A program made the position numbers and the translations under genes. A DNA stretch of 60,870 nt, the filler included, from Globobulimina sp. (lineage: Eukaryota), in NCBI GenBank assembly GCA_003354225.1. It is 15 parts of 15 records of this genome, joined end to end, with 100 filler letters (N's around TTAATTAATTAA, not from the genome) between each part and the next. Parts side by side here need not be neighbours in the genome. Positions count along the whole stretch, not along the records: positions 56,910 to 60,870 come from PIVH01001826.1; 14 more parts are not named here. One strand, 5' to 3'. Below, piece after piece: positions 56,910-60,870 of the stretch (its first letter is position 1; each line of letters begins with the position of its first letter). A model generated the notes under the pieces. The model saw only the letters and a list, made by a program, of their open reading frames with translations. It had not been told where the DNA came from and ran no database searches.

Positions 56910-59900
56910 GCAATGCCGACAATGATTTTTTTATCACATTCAGCAATTTATTATATCGAATGGCTTCTTGTACTAAGACAGTATTCATAGACTCGGAGTA
57001 TGTGGTCGGATATTGTTTCATCAATGCTTCAATATTTATCATTTCCGGACATTGTTTTTGTATTTTTAGACAAGTTTGTTGCACAATTTCATCCTTTGTC
57101 TGTCCACTCCCACTGTTTGTACGTGGCAATATGGATGAAATTATACCTAACATATGATTGGATTCTTCCGTCGCAAAAGTAATATCCGCGTTATCATGAA
57201 ATCCAAATACTTCTGGCTCAGGTACCAAATCTAATGATTTTATATACGAAATATATCCATCGCGATCGGTGGGTTTGATGGCAAAATATTTACCCGATTT
57301 ACTGAATGAATAATTCTCGCTTAATATATTTGGACATATAAAATCATCCAATATTATTTTACTGGTTCTTCGATCTGTATTGTCAGTGACGCGGCCACCA
57401 TAATTTATGTCATAAATCAAGAAATGGATCACTTTAAATGGTATCTCCTCAAACATATCGATAAATTCATGTAATTGCTGTATACAAACTCGCAAATCAG
57501 ACTCACGAAAACCATATGGGATATTCCAGCCTAACGGGCCATATTTACGGCGATCTAATATCAGTGCGTGATACATACACAAACCGAATAACATTATTTT
57601 AAATTGTGCTGGTTTTGATGCACAAACATTATTCAAAAAGTCATCATTAAAACCTAAATAGGACCGCAATAAATTCGCACGCAAACCTTTTGGTGGTTCG
57701 TTGGTCATTTTTACCGATCTTTGTAATATGGAGACGGGGAATTTGGGGGTCGGCATTGAGGTTAACCATAATCTGAAAGTTGGATGGATATCACCGCCAT
57801 TAATCTGACCATCATATATGTCCTCACATATTTTCTCTAAGGATGGTAACCATGAAATGCATAAATGACAATTTTGTAACACCACCCAACCACCGCGCTC
57901 TACCGCTTGTTTTATATACCTTTCAGCAATCGGTCCTTGCCCCATTCCGAGCGATATCGACAATAATTTGTCAGTCTCGCCTTGTGATTCTGCAAATTTT
58001 AATAAATCTGCATATGGATCGGCACCAGAAGACAATATAAACACTAATGGCGACTGCGGCGTGGAAATAGAAAACGTTTCTGATAAATCAAATGGTGGTG
58101 GTTCAATAAACTCTTTTCCCAACGCATTGCATATAAAATCTTGTAAGGCACCATTCATTTTATCCGGCCGCAACGCTCGTAATATTATTAATTTCTGGAA
58201 TTCATCCAAATTATGTTCGAAATAATCTGGTAACTGTTGTTTATGTGGAATAATGGAATCATAATAGTTTTTAAATAATGGTTGATTATCGATAAAGCAC
58301 TCAATAAAACCATCGAAAATTGCTAAATTTTCTAATGCTAACACTCTTTTCCAGGTATTATCATCCAGCCAATCCTGGCATACATTGGCCTGGAATTGTT
58401 TTGGTTGATGCCCCACTTGGACTAAATACCGATATTCATCCATATTTATTTTATCGTAGCCACGCAATATATTCACAGTCAAATAAAAGGAAAATAACAA
58501 CTTATGTTTCTCAAACAAAGATCGACAGACTGAACCATACAAACATTTGGTAAAATACGTATTAATATTTTTTAGTCGAATATCTAACTCATCAGAAGAG
58601 GCACCGGGTGCGTCATCAATGCCTTTCTCAAACAACGACACAAACCATAATAAACTGAATTGATACATGGGATCAATCGGCGATAAATCCGCCACACAAA
58701 AATATAATATCGATGCACGAAACGCAACCGGCACATAACCAGCCCGGGCCGCATCAATCTCCTTTTCCACAATTTCCTGTTCCTTAACTTTTATATTAAT
58801 TTCAAACGATGTTTTCTTGGCCTCTGATAGTACATTAATCAAATTCTCATCATCCAAAATATCCCCTTTTGCTTCAGACAATAACTTTAATATTTGGTCC
58901 TCAATGTCTTCCAATTGTTTCTTCATTGCAGCACTGGACAATACCAATTCATTTTTCTTCGATTCTAATTCCGGCGCTTCTTTGGCCACCACCAGACCCA
59001 ACATTTGGTCCTGTAATCCAGACGGCGTCACAGTGAAATTCAACAATGTTACCTTGACCTGCAACTCTGGCGGATAGTGTGGGTTTGGCAGAGTAGTAAT
59101 TAAATACAATCGAAATTGATCATTGTAAGGAATGGTATTATCTCCTAAGCGGATATGTAACTGTCCTTTGATCAAAAAGATTGCTTTCTGCAGTATCGGC
59201 TCCAACTGTGGGTCTAATGATTCTTGAATGCTTTCAATAATCACCCATTTCCCAAACCGAATGCCGTTCTCCAATGCACGAGTAAAGGCTTTGCCATCTG
59301 TTAGTTTCACACAATCAAATCCATTCGTCGCCTGCTGCTCCGCTAATTTTTTTATGAATCTCGATGCCTGATTCTGGGGATCAATCATTAACGGCCAACG
59401 CTCGCAAACATCCAAAATAATGCCATTCTCAATGGACAATGTATCAGTGGGCAGACCACAGATGTTCCAATTTCGAATTTTAACTTGTTTGCCGCAGGTT
59501 GTCACCACATCACAGTCGTCGGTATGGAATAAATGTAATCCCCTCATCTTTACTCGCCATTCTTTATATAAATCCAACCGATACTCGGATGTAAACGCGC
59601 CAACATAGGCAATAGCACCACTGCTTAGTACCACATCGCCAGTCACGGCATCCAACTGTTTATTCAATGCGATTACACTTTGGCTCCATCGGGTTTTCTC
59701 GCCGCCCAAACCACCAATTAATTTCTCCGCGCGCTCTAATTTGATACTGCACATTTCCACTTCCTTGGCCAGCCTTTCTTTCTCAGCCACAGCTCCATCG
59801 TAATTACTCTGCAGCTCTGCTAACTTATCCATCACCACTTGCAAGCTTGACTTTGCTTCGAATAACTGCTTATTGACAATTTCCAATGTCGCAGTCGCTT

Positions 59901-60870
59901 CGGCCAACTTCTTACGCTTTGGCTCCACATCTCTGGCCACAAAGAAATAAGTATGCATCGCATGCGACCACATACAAATAGCCTTACACGCTTTGGAGGC
60001 CTTTTCTATTTCTTTCACGGTAAAGGCTGGATTCTTAATATACGGATCAATGCGATGGATAATTTTATCGGTTAACGAATCTTTATCAAAACTGACCAGA
60101 GTCTCTAAGAACTTCTTGGCATCCGACAAGATGGATTTTTGTGCAGCTTCCCAGTAATCGTCATATTTTTTCATAGTGGCGGGGTCTTTTTTTTTCACGG
60201 CTGGAATGGATAACAAATTGCAGGCCACCTCCATGGTTAACCGTACTCCGCCGGGAGGATTACGAAAAGCGCGCACTTCGTCGATATCAGATTTCTTTAA
60301 GTTTTTCAAACACGATGTTGCCGCTTTTAACGCTGGCAATGCTTTGGCCAAATCTGCTTCGGCAGAAGCTTTCATCTCTGCACATTCGGCTGCTTTGGCG
60401 GACGCTTTCTGCTCTTTTGCGGACACAATGGCTTCATCCTTGGCCGCCTTTTCTTTGTCCACACTGATCACAATCATCATCTCTTCCACTTCTTTTTGTG
60501 TCTTTTGCAAAACTGGCTGCATGTCTCGTAATTTGATCTGTAACTCCGCCACATCTTTGCCTGCCGACTCTAATTTGGCCACACCATTCGCTAATTTGTC
60601 GCGAACATCAGAGATTTCTCGTTTTTTGATTTTATGCAGTAATTTAAAGGTTTTTAATAACTCTAAATACGATGTCGGGGTTACATAAGAATATCGGTTC
60701 ATAATAGTGGCGAATTGCTGTGCTTTGACCTCGACCGATTGGTGGATATACACAAACATTTTGACCACACTGTCTACACTTTTTAATTGTAAATCTAAAT
60801 CTTGTGACAGTTTTGTATGAGCCACAGCCGATAAAGCGTCTGCTGGCCACGGTTTAAACCAATCAATGGT
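56910..60870 (-). CDS. Axonemal (inner-arm-type) dynein heavy chain, internal fragment
   Basis: YVTPTSYLEL, stalk/MTBD (NPPGGV, KAICMW), GLPTDTLSIENG, RWPLMIDPQ, FILSSGADP, SLGMGQG, WVVLQNCHL and YGPLGWNIPY. Frame open across the whole contig. Confidence 0.96.

Noticed and set aside
60176-60688. Long antisense ORFs (also 8800-9210, 4091-4450, 33019-33704, 54626-54991)
   Set aside because: Shadow frames of well-supported genes on the opposite strand with no recognisable motifs.
1-60870. Operon or gene-cluster interpretation across the whole window
   Set aside because: The contigs are unrelated. Only neighbours within a contig are informative.
1-60870. rRNA, tRNA or CRISPR arrays
   Set aside because: None recognised by eye. 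A tRNAscan-SE/Infernal run would be needed to exclude small RNAs.

Overview
This window is not one locus. It holds 15 unrelated contigs of 3,969-3,961 bp, sorted by decreasing length and joined by an artificial 100-nt linker (N44-TTAATTAATTAA-N44), so adjacency across linkers has no meaning. The DNA is AT-rich, gene-dense and eukaryotic, with short (mostly 55-90 nt) GT-AG introns. The gene content (axonemal dynein, kinesin, PP5, RAB3GAP2, F-box/SAM/PH proteins, Cys-rich and Pro/Thr-rich surface proteins) indicates a protist with a flagellated stage. It resembles foraminiferan (Reticulomyxa-like) sequence, which is an inference only. Main points of interest: (1) one contig looks like the interior of a large mobile element, with an intact spliced Mutator-type DDE transposase, a tandem-repeat tract and a co-oriented DUF3987/YfjI-like P-loop NTPase; (2) a 217-bp MITE with GAG-starting TIRs and an exact 8-bp TSD, plus other palindromic repeats; (3) probable pseudo-enzymes (a UBA1-like E1 lacking its catalytic Cys and a degenerate myosin motor with a PH tail); (4) unusual domain architectures (membrane-anchored Hsp70, lectin-like/TM/SAM receptor, tandem MIEAP-like domains, TM tyrosinase); (5) an apparent C/A-rich to G/T-rich strand-skew gradient along genes. 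All domain calls come from motif recognition by eye; no searches were run.
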